A stretch of 64,000 nt of DNA from Ramazzottius varieornatus (GCA_001949185.1 BDGG01000009.1:1167624-1231623), one strand, 5' to 3'; positions 12,778 to 26,045 are shown, numbered from the stretch's first letter. The notes: a model not told the origin generated them from the sequence alone. A program made the numbers and translations.

Positions 12778-13645
12778 CTGTAATCATACCCACACAAACC
12801 GTAAGAAACCGTGCTGACAACTCGAACTAGAGCCCTCATGCAGCCCACACGAGCACTGCTTCAAAGTTACGCTGCGCCATGCTCCTTTCTTATGCAGAAG
12901 AAAGGCGGTTGTCTCTGATGGATGGCTTCGCTACATAAAAGGCACATGAGCCGATGAGCGTACATCTGATATTTTAACCACCCGTGTCCCCTGACCATGA
13001 GATGATGCGTCCGAATGTCGCTCACTCCATCCTAGTCCCACCGCGGCGCTGGAAACGGCTCCAGCTCCCGTAAAAGCTTTACCCAGACGCTGCAACAAAC
13101 ATAATATACAGAGTCAACGCTACGGGCGAGAAAATTCGCAGCAGAACAATTAAGCCCTCGTTATATCGTAACTGCTGCACACATACGGAACGATCCGCAC
13201 GATGAACACGATCTCAGGTACTTACGATCATGTTCCTCAATGGATACAGAACGAAGGAATCCAGCTAAAATTTTCGCACCTGTACACAAACTCGCTGCGG
13301 AGTTAACGGAAACAGTCCAGAGTCCAGGTTTGAAGGACGGAGGAAGAAAGATGAGCTGGATGTGATCGACTGTTCATTGTGTGACGTAATATGTGTGATG
13401 TACAATGACATGAGATTGTAATGTACAAAACGACGAAAGTGCAGTTTCGCACCAGCAATGTTATGTTATGTCGAATTACTTGACACACTAAGTCGTAGCT
13501 GTCTGACTGTACAGTATCTCTCACCCGAACTTCCGGCCCATTTTCTTCGAATCCCGATTCCTGCATCTCGGCTTTGCTTTGATCCCAATGTCGATCATTT
13601 TCTCCAGCGGTAGAGCTTGCAAGAATGTTTTGCTAGATTCGTCCT

Positions 13646-14218
13646 ATGGCGGTTGCAGTGCAAACGAAACTACGACGGGGTAACTCTTCTCTGTTCCGAC
13701 TGACCAGACAAAGGATATTTTTTCTTGTGGCGACCATCCTAACGTTCTGTCTGACCAACTTCCTGTTAACTGCACTTCCCACTTTCCAACCGGAAACAGC
13801 CAAGCTCACGATGAAGACGGAACCCAGGAAGGAACAACTGAGGCCATTAGGTGTGGTTGCGGGAAGGACAGCGCAGCTCGTTGGAATGGATCCCAAATAT
13901 TACGTTTACTATAAAACAGCTTCAAAATCTGGGAAATTCAAGTGCATCTCTTCGAAAGAAGTGATTCCCTGGAGCCATGTCAACGATAACTACTGTGATT
14001 GCCCGGAAGACGGTAGCGACGAGCCTGCAACGACCGCTTGCAGTTTCTTTGCACCTCATCAGTATTTCTTCTGTACTTCGACAGACCCGTCAAAGATTCC
14101 TGTAGCCTGGATGAATGACGGAATCTGTGATTGTTGTGCAGGAGAAGACGAAACGGAGAAATATTGTCCGAACACCTGCAAGTCCCTGAAACCCAGGCGC
14201 CAACGTTCTGCAAATTAG
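13646..14218 (+). CDS. Short glucosidase II beta subunit-like protein (PRKCSH N-terminal Cys-rich domain, N-terminal membrane anchor), intronless
   Basis: FKC...IPWSHVNDNYCDCPEDGSDEPATTAC...FFC...MNDGICDCCAGEDE motif; hydrophobic segment at aa ~24-44. Confidence 0.88.
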   Translation: MAVAVQTKLRRGNSSLFRLTRQRIFFLVATILTFCLTNFLLTALPTFQPETAKLTMKTEPRKEQLRPLGVVAGRTAQLVGMDPKYYVYYKTASKSGKFKCISSKEVIPWSHVNDNYCDCPEDGSDEPATTACSFFAPHQYFFCTSTDPSKIPVAWMNDGICDCCAGEDETEKYCPNTCKSLKPRRQRSAN

Positions 14219-14666
14219 CGTCCTGTTTTTCATTCCGCAATACTAATTTTACTGTTTTTAACTTGGCACGTAAATTTTGTGTTTTCGGACGACTTCCGGG
14301 CCTCACACTTCACTTCCGGCACGCTCCCTATCCCGGGTTTACTGATGTTCATGTATCTCATACTTCAGTTTTTACTATAACTACGTTCCCAGACGAGAAA
14401 GGATTCCATCCGACGTAGTTTGCGACATGGTTAAATTTTGGGGCAGAAATTCCACGTGGTACTATGTCTATATGCACCTGGTATATGTAAGAATAGCACA
14501 GTGGATCCCGGACGGAAAATACAAGAGCAACAATATCCATCAATGGCACTCTGTGCAGATTCGAAGATCACTCGAATAGATCACGAAAGGAATCAAACCA
14601 TCAAAAGTCGAAAACCCAGGCTAGTTTCACAAAACTGAAGAAGGCCGGCAGAGGAGGGAGAAAGGT

Positions 14667-17600
14667 TCACTTGACATGGGCATGCCCACGGTTTATCGTC
14701 AGTCTAGCAATACCGCAGTGGCAACAAAAGGAGGCAGTAGAAATCGGAAATTCATGTCCACAATTATGGCAAAACTTTGGCGCGGACGGAGAAGACATCA
14801 CTTTGGGGTTGGCAACAACTGTGCGCTTGTCTTGCGACAAACTGGACACCGACGACATGTAGCTGCTCTTGACCGAGACCGACGACGTCGATCCCATAGG
14901 GGAAAGTGGGCTGATACTCTCCGAAGTCGTGTCTACAAAAAAGACATGAATCCACTTCCCAACCCAGACACCACGATGTACCACCGCGGTATCATAATGG
15001 CAATGGTTACGAAGCAAGGAAGACAATTGCTAGCTTGATGAAATAAATTTTGAGTCTGGTGCCGGCTGGAGCTCTCGTCAGTCGTTATAGCGCCACCCGA
15101 GAAGACTGACGACGGAAGAAACGTGTGTCTTGGTTTGACCGGCGTAAATCCGCGAATCAATTGACCGATTACCGCACCTTTGAGCAAGAACACACTATAG
15201 TATTTAGCGCCATATGTTTGTTTTTAATCACTAAAGTTTCCTCGAATATCAGCACCGGTACGTGTACGTTTCCTCACTCTTGATCCCATGGAGGGATAAA
15301 TGCCGTGCATGCAGAGATGTGGTTTAGATCGTTGTGATTTATAAGAACGTGCTGCTGTAGGTTTGCCGAAATAATTGAATGTTGGAATCTGGTCTAAAAC
15401 TCCCTACTCTGCACCATCCTGGAAGATTACGATTAAATTTCTGGTAAAATATGCCACGGCCCTCGCTACCGCGAGAAGGTCCGCGGCTCTATATTATACG
15501 ACAAAATAAACCGTTAAAAATGGGTTAGATGGAGCCAGATGGATGAAGCCAATGAAATTTGCGCATGCAGCAAAATATAATTCCCATTGGCCGAATCGTA
15601 AATCTCCAGCTGCAGTATTATGCCCATTTTTAACGGTTAATTTTGTCGTACACTGTAGTACGTGGCTGTGCGAGTTTTCCACTTCCTTTCTGGTGCCTGA
15701 TCTCGGATTATAATCTCTATGTGTCAATCTCTGAAGTTAGTCTTGATCGCTTTCACTTGCCAAAGTTGTTAGTACTGTATTCTCATGTTTCGTTATCCTC
15801 TGACGATCGAGGAAGCCGTCGACTAGATTGTCGAGGCTCAATAAATCTATCTATCAACTTCGCCAGGTGCATTTACGAACTCAAGTGCGCGATCTCTTTG
15901 AGTTCCGTTCAGACTCCTGGCTCGAGCTCGAAAGACCTTACAATCGTAGTTATCTTTACCCGGCCGTAATTGTCGACGCTGCCTACAGTACTACCCATCG
16001 GGACATACTGGCCCTGGGTAATGCATTCTACGATCCGATCGGAGATGAGCTGTATCCTAACGCCGCAGCGACGCACTTCCTACGTAACCAGTGCGATCGG
16101 CCCTCCGCGGAAAACGTGTCGGCACTGAAGCGGCAGTACGAGAGAAAGAATGAAGCCTATTTCCCGTTGGAGCTGGATGAACTCGTCAAACAACTGTTGA
16201 AGAGGTATTCTCAATAAAGGACAACAAGCCTGGTGCTCACTTTGCGGATCTTACGACAGAGTTTGTCGGACCATGTGTTGAAGGGTCGATCACTTTTAGG
16301 TTCAATGGAAGAAACCATCGTCTTTTTGATTCTTTCACCAAAGACCAGCTTCAACATTTTGCCAACGTAGTTGATCCTTTGGTACCTCTCTTGATGGAGG
16401 AATTTACGGACGTCGTCAAGAACACTATAGAAGAGATAGAAACCCAGCAAGAACTGGACGAATACAGCGACGACACGGACCAGGATGACGACGCCAACTC
16501 GCGTCCCATCGACTAGGTTAACTGTCTTTCTGAATCTTTTCCTTACGTTTCGCCTTTTTGAATTTGATTTACTGTCATTTTGAAGTAGCTCGTTGGACCT
16601 GTCTTCCCTATGTTTACGCGTGGTTCTTATGTTTAACCCAGATTTCGATTTTGTCCTCGTTGCTTCAACTTGGTCTGTTCTCGCCTACTGGAATTTAGCT
16701 TCGTATTCATAGTTATTGGTACTCACCCGTAAACTCTTCTAGGCTTTCAGCGTGCGAATGAGTAGAAGGTTTCCAGCGAGACATGCTCGAATACGCCGAG
16801 GAGCCGCTGTGAAAAGACCGACCATGAGAATTAGCACACAGGGAACACATGGTACATTGAGTTCAGATCTGACTTACGGCGAGCCGTTGCTAGTCTTGGT
16901 AAAGTCCGACAGCTTGGTCGGACTGCGTTCTGGCGGAGCGCGGTACTTTTCACCGTCCCAGTGGAACAGACGGAACTTGTCCGGCTCGAAGGTTTCGCTG
17001 TGGTTCAAAACTGCCGGCTTCAGAAAGCTATCCCAGTCCAACGAATCGGCAGACTTCTTTGCTCGTAGCGAGTTCGACCTGTGAAGCTGCATCATGTGTT
17101 CCTTCTGTGCGGAATGTACGTTGAAAGGATAAGGGCGTTCGTGATGCGGCGTTGTCCTTGAAGAAAAAACCCAAATTATAACATAATAGATTCTCTTTGA
17201 GGGAGGCCGGCAAACAAGACTTATAATAAGATCGTTCTCTTGAGTGGCGCACGCTCCAGCCAAAAACAATGAAAACGTGCGCCACTATGAAAAACGATAT
17301 CGTCGAGTGTGATTGTTCCCTCAAGTGACGCACGTTTTCAGCGTTATTGGCTGGAGGCGTCCAGCACTTAAGGCAACGATCTTGGACGTTTCATTCGCCG
17401 CTTCCTATATCAGTTTTCGATATCAGACAGAGAGGACAGTCCGTGTCACTCTTTCGAACTTACGAAGTGTATGATTTTTCCGTTGGTGTCACCGTGCTCG
17501 TTGATTTCATCGTGGCTGAGAAGTTCGTCCCCGCTTTACTTTCCACCCTTCTGATCACTTCTTCTATGCCATTCTCACTAGCTTTCAGCGTCCTCGAAAG

Positions 17601-20600
17601 CGTCGTCGTAATTCCCGGTGAGCTGTTCGGGTTCTTGGCCCTCATCGAGCCCGTTCTAGTCAGCAAGTCTGATGAATGGTATATCTTGTGGGCATCTTTC
17701 AGCATCGAGCCATTGCTTGCCTTGACAGGCGTCACAGTGCTGGCCTTGACTCTGCTCGCTCCACTCTTGGACATTACCGACTCGACCGAACTGCCATCTC
17801 CGCTACCTTCATGATCGACCAACGAGCTCATGGTCTTACTATTCCCCATAGGTCTTTCGTAGTTCTTCACTCGAAGTGACCCAGTACGAGAGAAAAGGGA
17901 CTCGCCGGAACCGTAATCACTGGGTGAGGTTCGCGAGTCTTGGTAGGGCGTGATGATACGTTGACGTGGAGCGGTGGGATGGCTGGCGGGAGATTCGGAC
18001 AAGAGCATGTCTTGGACTTTACCGGTCAACTTTATTATTTCACCGGTGGGAGTCTTGCTCTTGGGTTGTGAGTTAACGCGGGCCATCGCGGACTGGCTAC
18101 CGAGAACCTTAAGGTCGTTTGGTCGGTTGGGTGCCGGAGCTTTCTGCTCCGAGGAGAAGGCACTGATGGCTTTGCGCGGTTTCTCCGGCTTCTTGACTGA
18201 GTTCTTGCTTCCTGCTCTTGGCAAAGGCGGGCGATACTGTAAAGAAAAGCGATCAGAGAAACGCCTCATCAGAGGAACCAGAATGAAGCTCGGCATGCAA
18301 ATTCGAGACGGTTGTTTTCACACTTGGCGCATGTGACCGGTGCTATAAGCTGGAAGCGTGCGCCACTTGGAAAAACAATCAAATTCGACATGATTGTCTT
18401 CGCCAGTGGCGCACGTTTTCAATGATGTTGGCAGGAAGCGTGCGCCACTCGGATCTTGCCGAGTTTCTATGCCAAGCTCCCAAAAGAAAGCAAAACTGCT
18501 CGAAGGAGAAGGTTACTTCAACACTTACTTTAACTCGTTTCATCAGGAGGTTGAAGTTGGGGTCCTCTTTGACGGTGGCTGCTTTGCGCTGTTTAGCGAT
18601 GAATTGCGTCTTGCAGAAGGTCACATGTCGCTCATGCACTTCTTCTTTGAATGATCGTTCGCAATACTGACACCTCGAATGACCTGTTTTACACCAAAAA
18701 CACGAGCATAAGACGACTTGCAGGAGGCCACTGTGTCAATAATCAACAAACCTTTCTGCTGCTCTTTAAATAAATCAGCTCCCTACAATAAACACATAAC
18801 TGGTCACGCTACATTCCACAGTCATATTTTGGACGACGCACTGACCACATGAAGGTAAGAAGATCAGCGTGATCATGGCTACTTAGACAGCTCTAGCGTA
18901 CCGTTCTCACGCCCCCGCGTGTCGGGCTTTTCTTTCGTCTAACGGCTTCGGTGGCCTTTTTATGAGGCCTTTGTAGTGGAGCGTCATCAACCTCTTCCGG
19001 CTTCCTGGAGAGCAGCTCTCGCATAATGGGCTTAACGGCATCTTCTTGAGCAACATGGGACAGACGTTGAGCGATCGTGGCAAAGGCCTCACGTTTCGGC
19101 TTCTGTGCTAATCGCTGGCAAATGCTCACGTGCCGACTCTACAAGAAGGAAACACTCCATCGATTAGTAGTTTCTCTAAAACAGCAAAATGAATTTGCGA
19201 GGAACGTAAGGTAGACAAATAGATTCACCCAGATCGTTGCTTCCAGTGGCGCACTGTCACATTGTAAATAGCCGAAAAATTGCGCCACTTCTGAAGGAAT
19301 CTGGGTTGAATTCCTTTGCCGACGTTCCATTCCTTTTGTTTATTTGCGTGGAAATTACTGGGCAAGAATTTCGGCTGTTTTTCTGATTAAAACATAGATT
19401 TTTCCCAAGTCTTTACAGCCCGCCTATGTAATTAACAAGGAAGTCCCTTCAGGTGTTACTACTACTACTGAGTTCACATGTATCGATTCTGTCTAATGGA
19501 ATAACATTCCCCTGATCAATGTCGGATTACCCAACCAGAATATCGGCGTATTACGGCACGCTCCACCTAAGCTCTTGATGCATCGTAGCACCTCAATTAC
19601 AACTGATGCTGGAGGTTGGATCGATGGGTTGTTCCGCAATCTCGATCGACGATCGGGCTTGCCACTTCACAGGAAGAAGAGGCGGCACACCTGTGTTGGG
19701 TTCTTGGGCTCAACGTGAGAAATGGCTGCCAATATTGATCAGGTGCTTGTTTTATGACACTACTTGAGAGCATTTACGTCTCTAACTGCCGGTTCACCGG
19801 CAGCGGGATGCGGGACTGCGCTCCCTCATTTGGGCCTCGCGTAGTCGAGTAGTACCGGAAGTGCCGTGTCAAGAGCACCTCCAATGTCGCACCCGTCCAT
19901 CAAACGAGAATCAATGAGGGAGAGTTTCATTTCGAGACATCGAAAACGACAAAACGTTATTGGAGTCTACAAAGAACAGTAAGGGAGAATATAAATATTT
20001 TGGCTTTTACGCAACAGTAGGTTCGCAAACCCGCAATGCGTAAAATATGTGCCAGGAAATGGTCGCCGTAAAAGTACCTTTTATAGCCTGTGAACTGCGA
20101 CCTTAGACCTGCATATCGTAACTGTAGAATCTTTCCTAGGTTTTGATTTCTTACTGCGCTCAATCTGACACAATTTTTCTCATCACGAATACGTGATGCC
20201 CGTAATGCGCGTACTGTCGCTCACTATGTATTCGTTAGTCGAAACCTCCGAAATTAAGGTAATCGTGGCCGAAGTGCGTGCTGAATATGCTACTCAAACA
20301 CCGAAACTCGAGGTGCCGCAAACGACACAAACCACGGACGACCCCTTCTAAATTTAAAAATTATGTTTCCTTGTTCTCCAGCAGTTCAAACTAGCTAGGA
20401 CGTCGGCAAACCCAGATCGTTCTCCCAAGTGGCGCACGCTCTCAGTCAACAACACTGAAAACGTCCGCCACTTAGGTTGACGATCTTGTCGACTTCGATT
20501 GCTTTCTTCGAGTGATGCACAGTTCCAGCTGATGACACTGGAAAGGTGCGCCACTTGAAAGACGATTTGGGGGAATCGTTCACCGACGACCTCAATATCA

Positions 20601-20811
20601 AAGTTGATAATGTTCAAAATAATGGCTGTAATTTGGTGTAACTGCAACCACTGAGAGAGCTTACCAAGTTGGTCTTATTGAAGTTCCGTCCGCAGAAATC
20701 ACAGGCTATGAGGGGTTCCCGACTGGGCGACTCTGCCGTTTCGAAAGGTTTCTGTGGAGACGGACGGATGACGATCTCGTCAAAGTTGACCGGCGACGCT
20801 ACGGCTGCCAT
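14667..20811 (-). CDS. ZC2HC1A: Zinc finger C2HC domain protein 1 (ZC2HC1A/FAM164A-like), multi-exon
   Basis: CDFCGRNFNKTNL/ARHVSIC finger, second finger CERSFKEEVHERHVTFCK, YRPPLP, and C-terminal KFCHNCGHEFPISTASFCCHCGIARL. Confidence 0.85.
15492..15655. mobile_element. Tc1/mariner-type MITE, family B, older copy
   Basis: TACGACAAAATAAACCGTTAAAAATGGG ... CCCATTTTTAACGGTTAATTTTGTCGTACACTG|TA; homologous to 43849 and 47097, left tip mutated. Confidence 0.85.
15828..16515 (+). pseudogene. Intronless frameshifted ORF of unknown family, antisense inside a ZC2HC1 intron
   Basis: 129-aa frame 15828-16217 overlaps a second open frame (~16180-16515) ending in acidic tail EEIETQQELDEYSDDTDQDDDANSRPID*. 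Confidence 0.4.
17201..17405. repeat. Family A copy, 2 units, ZC2HC1 intron
   Basis: Two units with oppositely oriented spacers. Confidence 0.88.
18285..18481. repeat. Family A copy, 2 units, ZC2HC1 intron
   Basis: GAAGCTCGGC ... GCCAAGCTCCC, two units. Confidence 0.9.
19201..19328. repeat. Family A copy, 1 unit, ZC2HC1 intron
   Basis: CAGTGGCGCA-N27-TGCGCCACTT; GGAACGT/ACGTTCC ends. Confidence 0.85.
20398..20593. repeat. Family A copy, 2 units, ZC2HC1 intron
   Basis: GGACGTCGGCAAAC start, two units. Confidence 0.88.
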
Positions 20812-21213
20812 CGTCAACACGGTTGACAACACCGCCCGTGAAGGAAGTACTCCTCTTGATCGTCAGGACTCTTGCACACAAAAGGGACCGTTCATCTCAA
20901 GAGAATCCTAGTGAAGAAAGAAAGTTCAACGCGCCAGCCTGTCACATTATGTTGTCAACAAGTTCGACTATGCGTGTCATATTCAAGACGCTTCACTTGG
21001 CAAACAGGCAATATTCTTTCACCTTGATCTCGCTACTCGAACTCGAATCCATTATCAGTATGCCACACATTGAAGCGATAAGCAGTGCAATTCAGATAAA
21101 ATTCACTCAAAACCAGAAAGGATGTATAATGTACCTGCGGTGGGAGGAAGAAGACGGGCCGCTGACAGTCCCAATTATCACCACAGGTAGCAAGATGAGT
21201 CTGAAGAAATTCT

Positions 21214-21870
21214 GATGAATATCAATATCGATGGAGAAGCTCGTTTATATCGACAGTCCGCCTTCGAATAATTATACACCGTAAAAAAGGCCAGCACATC
21301 GACGGAAGGTACTTTCTCTCGCGCTCGACATCCATCATCGCGGATGACATTTATAGCTCAGCTCTTGATCTCAAGAGATGATAATCGCAAAACTGAGGAT
21401 ATATTAGAAAGGGTCTTCAAATTTCAGAGGGCGTTTGACGACTTGAAACATGATTTACGATGGCTGAGCGGGAAAGTCAGTTGTAGGTTCTTTCAGCGTA
21501 CGTACTGCAGTCACGGGTTGTTTGGTTGGACAAAGACAAGTTAACGATTATGTGTAAAGCGCATGGACACTTTGGTAGATATTACAGAATACTTGTGGAT
21601 ACTGTTCATCGATCACTTTCGAACTGTTTTCCTCCGACACAGATGTAGTACGAAAACTGCAAACGAGAATATCCTACCTGATGTCGATCCACTCACTTCT
21701 CGATGTCGTCCCGGAAGACAGCTTATCCGAGTTCGTACTCTCTCGAGTAGTCTCGCTGAAAGGCCAGAAACGTCCGTCGGACGGCAACTCAGCACAGTCG
21801 AAGGATCATGAGGACGATCTAGATGTTTTCGAGAACCAAACTGTGGAAGAGAACAAGACGCTCATGGTCA
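21214..21870 (+). CDS. Possible spliced gene or remnant of unknown function
   Basis: Exon-like pieces with splice sites (MNINIDGEARLYRQSAFELLYTVKK; DVVRKLQTRISYLMSIHSLLDVVPEDSLSEF); no family recognised. Confidence 0.3.
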
Positions 21871-23257
21871 GTCAGTACTTAGTAGTGAACGAGTTTACTG
21901 GCGTAATAAGTCGAAGAAACAGAGAGATGGTGACAATTCTGTAGCGTTCGATGCGGAATGACTGGATATGTATGGTGAGTGACGCGCGTAGTACTCGTCT
22001 TACCTGCTCAAGGTGATTACCGATCAATGATCAAGGTGTTCACGGAGATCCTGTCCGCTCCTGTTCCCACTGGCAGCCGCCGAAGAGAGAGGAATCATTC
22101 ACTCGTTCACTTAAAATGCGCGTCCGCTGATTGCTCGGATACACAATCGATAACGCCGATCTCCAACCTACAGCTCGCATTTCCACACCTCTATCAGTTG
22201 CGGAATCCCGAATCCCGATTCTGCGTCCGGCTGTTACCGAAAAATGAAAACGAGTTTGGAAAATCAACTAAATTTTGATTTCTGAGTTTCGAATTGCGAT
22301 GCGAAAATCTTAAATTCTCAAATCTCAATGGGCGGTAACGGTACATCCCCGCCCAGTCGAAGAGGTGGGGAGCCGGGATCATAACGTCTTTTGACCTTTG
22401 TTTTAAACCGTCGATGGGACCGCCCGACGTGACGACGTCACGCCGATGTTTCGGTTCGCTCCCGGCGTAATTCAAGAAATCTCCCCTGCGCGTAAAGGTC
22501 GTGACGCTCTAGATAGTTCTCCTTAATTTTGCGAGAGCTCCGCCTAAAAGGCTGGCCTTCCAGCGGAGCTTTAAATGAATTATAGACTACTTGAGAAAGC
22601 ACTCGTAGATAGCTGTTCAGGCATTCTAAAGCCCTTAAATTGGGGCAAACTATGGCAAGCCTGAGCTTATGGCGGAAGATCAAAGAGAAACTTCTTGGCA
22701 CCGAAAGTGGTCCCTACCATTAGTCATCTGCTGTACGTACAGGCATAGTGCATTATTATACCCTGTTGATCGTGCAGTGCCGTCAAGTGGTACTATCAAC
22801 AGCGTTATCAATTCCGTAGTGATAAATACGCCAACATCTTCGAATGATTAGTACAGAATTGATTGATCAAATCCGAAATCACGACTCATGACTCATCAAA
22901 AGCTTGGAAAAATTCGTCAAAAAATTTAGAAAAATTATCAAAAAATTGGGGAATCATCCTGAGTAAAGGATCGTGCTGTCTGGAGCTTGAGCTTCATCTG
23001 ATGAGTTTGCGGTTCAGAGTCCCTGGGGTATTTGTTCTCGTTTCCGGTTCAGACTTCGGTACGAGTACCCTCTTAGTCCAGACTCCAGGGAACCACCAGC
23101 TTGGATCTAGACTTTGGGTACTGGAAGGCAGGGGGATCACATGGAACTTAGCCTTCCCTGGAAGTCGTTCTCTGCAGTCGAAACTGGAGAGCTGTTTACC
23201 GCGAAGAAAGGAAGTTAGGAACCGACGAAGCTAATTAGGACACGCGTGCTCCCAGTA

Positions 23258-26045
23258 ATGGAGTTTTCGGAACTCATCAGATCCCCGTACGTGGAAAGCG
23301 TCACTCTCCGAATTTTACCAGAGGTGAGTGGTCTACGAGGACGCTTATGCATCACCGGACACCATATGATTATCTCTGCTCACTCGAGAGATCAGGGAGC
23401 ACGAGCTGCGGAAGTTTGGGTAAGTTAGTTACTATAACATTTCTCTCTTTATGAATGCATACGTGCACCGTAGATCTTATGTTCCGTGTTGGCACTTGGC
23501 ACAGATTCTCCATATGGCAGTGGACGCGACAGAGCGGCGTCTCTATCCGGCCGGGAACGGAGGTAGCCTCATCGTGAAATGTAAAGATTTGAAGCTGTAC
23601 ATCCTGGATATTACTGGTCAGCTGGACTTCAACAACGTCGCATCTTCCGTCGAGAAGCTGTCTCACATAGCCGATGTCTACAACTTTTACCCGTTCTTTT
23701 ACCGACCGATATTCGAAATACTCGAAGATGGCTGGATAATGTTCCCCTTGGAGAGCGAGTATACTAAGTGGACGTCGGCCGGAAGTGATTGGAGAGTGTC
23801 GCATGTCAACCGGAAGTTCGAGGTAAAACATCGTTCCATACTTGCGAACCATGTTTGCCACCTGTCATTCTAGGTTTGCGATTCGTACCCGACAGTTGTG
23901 GTGGTTCCGAAAGGCGTCACGGACGCCGTTCTCCAAGCTTCGGCCAACTTCCGGGAAGGTAAACGCTTTCCGGTGCTATCTTACCTGCACGATAACAAGG
24001 CAGCCATGATGCGATGCGGACAACCCCTGGTCGGACCCAACAATCGTCGAAGTCGAGATGACGAACAGCTATTGCTATCCTCCATCAAGAACGGCAAGCG
24101 GGCATTCATCTTCGAAACCCGTTCCATCGTCAGTGCGGGATCCGCGAAGAACCGAGGTGAGTCCCTTGCTGCAAATTCACCCAAGTCTACTTACAACTTC
24201 TTAGATGTTATTTTGAGTTTGTGTATGGGCTAACAGGGGTCTCTGTTGTCAGGTGGTGGGTATGAACTGGAAATATATTATTCGCAGTGGAAGCGGATAC
24301 ATCACCCACTCGAACGATGGACCAACCTGCATGAGTCGCTGACGAAGCTAACGGACGCTTGTGCCGATCGCAACCAGAGCGTGGATAAGTGGCTATCAAG
24401 ACTAGAAGGTGGGCCGGAGGAACGTCTTCTAAACGGAATTGAGACGCCGGCAAATAATTGCACCCAGTTTGTCATCTCAGGTGGTGCACGTTTCCATTGT
24501 TGTGTGTCGGTTGGGAACATGCACCACTTGGACAAAAATATGTTGTCGAGTTTGATTGCTTTCCGAAGTGGCGCACGTCTCCAGTGTTGGTGGCTGAGGA
24601 CGTGCACCACTCGCGTACGCGATCTGGGTGAATATTTGCCAGCATTCTCATGATATCGTACTGCTCGAACTTCTCTTTTTTCGTTGCAGGCAGTGGATGG
24701 CTAAACACAGTCTCGGAGACATTGCACGCAGCCTGCGTTGTGGCACAGTGTCTTCACAACGAGTCTGCCACCGTACTGGTGCATGGCGCCGAAGGACTAG
24801 ACATGACGCTCTGCATCACCTCACTGGTGCAGATCATCTTGGATCCTGACACAAGAACGATCCGCGGCCTGGAAGCCTTGCTGGAGCGAGAGTGGCTGCA
24901 GGCCGGCCACCCCTTTGCCTCTCGGTGTAGCCGGTCGGGATTCGGAACGCGACTGACCAAGCTGGAAGCGCCGACATTCCTTCTCTTTCTGGACTGTGTT
25001 CGGCAACTTCATAACCAGTACACGTGTTCATTCCAGTTCACCCCTGCCTTTCTTAAGTTTATCTTTGAGAATGTCTGCGCCTCTGAATATGGTACATTTC
25101 TGTGTAATAATGCTAGAGAAAGGCAACAGCATCAAGTGGACAAGAAGACCGTTTCTCTGTGGTAAGTAGTGCTACTGATGATACCAATTCACCTGTCGAA
25201 AGAATACGGCTGGGACTTGGGAGCTCGGAAAACAAACTCGACAAGATTAGCTTCGCGACTTGCGCGTTTTTTTTCAGTGTTATTGGCCGAAAACGTGCGC
25301 CACTTGGAGAAACAGTCAATTTAAACTGGATCGCCCCCCCCCCCCCCCCNNNNNNNNNNNNNNNNNNNNNNNNNNNNNNNNNNNNNNNNNNNNNNNNNNG
25401 TCAATTTAAACGGGTTCCCCCCCCCCCCCCCCCCCAGTGGCGCACACTTCTAGCCAATACCACTTACAGCGTGCGCCACTCGAGGAACAGTCTTGTCGAG
25501 TATTGCTTGCTTGGCTCGCAGCTGAGCTTCATTGCTTTGAATCTACTTTTAGGTCTTACGTGAACCATCCAAGGATTCTGGTTACGTTTCTCAATCCAGT
25601 CTACGATCCGAACCAGGGCTGTCTTTGGCCGTCAATCGCGCCAATGAGTCTCGTAAGCCATTGGAATATCTATCCTTTCTAAAACACTCCGTTCAAGTTG
25701 GGGAAAAGTGTTTTGCCGTGTCTTATCCAGCGTCGCTTGACTTTTGGTAGATTTTGTGGCGAGAATTGTTTCTCCACTCGTTTCAAGACATATCGGCAGA
25801 AATTGAGGAATGGAACGTGGCCATCGCCGCTAAAGCTCGTGATGACGAGCTTCGCGAGAAAGTTATACGGCTCCGCAAGTAAGTCTAATTTGATGTGACT
25901 TGATTTCATCCGGATGAGAAATTCTGTGTTATGGTGTTGCAGGGAAATGTTAGCGTTAGAGCAGGAGCTTGCGTCGCATGGTATTTCCAGTCCGGAATTA
26001 GCCGAGGAGTTTCGAAAGATATCGGTCGAGCAAGCCGGGCTTTGA
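23258..26045 (+). CDS. MTMR9: Myotubularin-related protein 9 (catalytically inactive), multi-exon
   Basis: MEFSELIRSPYVESV...GRLCITGHHMI, YPFFYRPIFEILEDGW, FREGKRFPVLSY, dead active site VLVHGAEGLDMT, EREWLQAGHPF, EYGTFLCNN. Confidence 0.93.
24441..24649. repeat. Family A copy, 2 units, MTMR9 intron
   Basis: GGTGCA/TGCACC unit and AAGTGGCGCA unit. Confidence 0.88.
25219..25520. repeat. Family A copy, at least 2 units, MTMR9 intron, spans the gap
   Basis: GGGAGCTCGGAAAACAAACTCGAC start; units on both sides of the N run. Confidence 0.85.
25350..25399. other. Assembly gap (50 N) flanked by poly-C tracts
   Basis: N run with C homopolymers on both sides. Confidence 0.99.

Noticed and set aside
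16727-16738. 12-nt microexon in ZC2HC1
   Set aside because: Good GTGAGT donor but weak acceptor; cannot be supported without RNA-seq.
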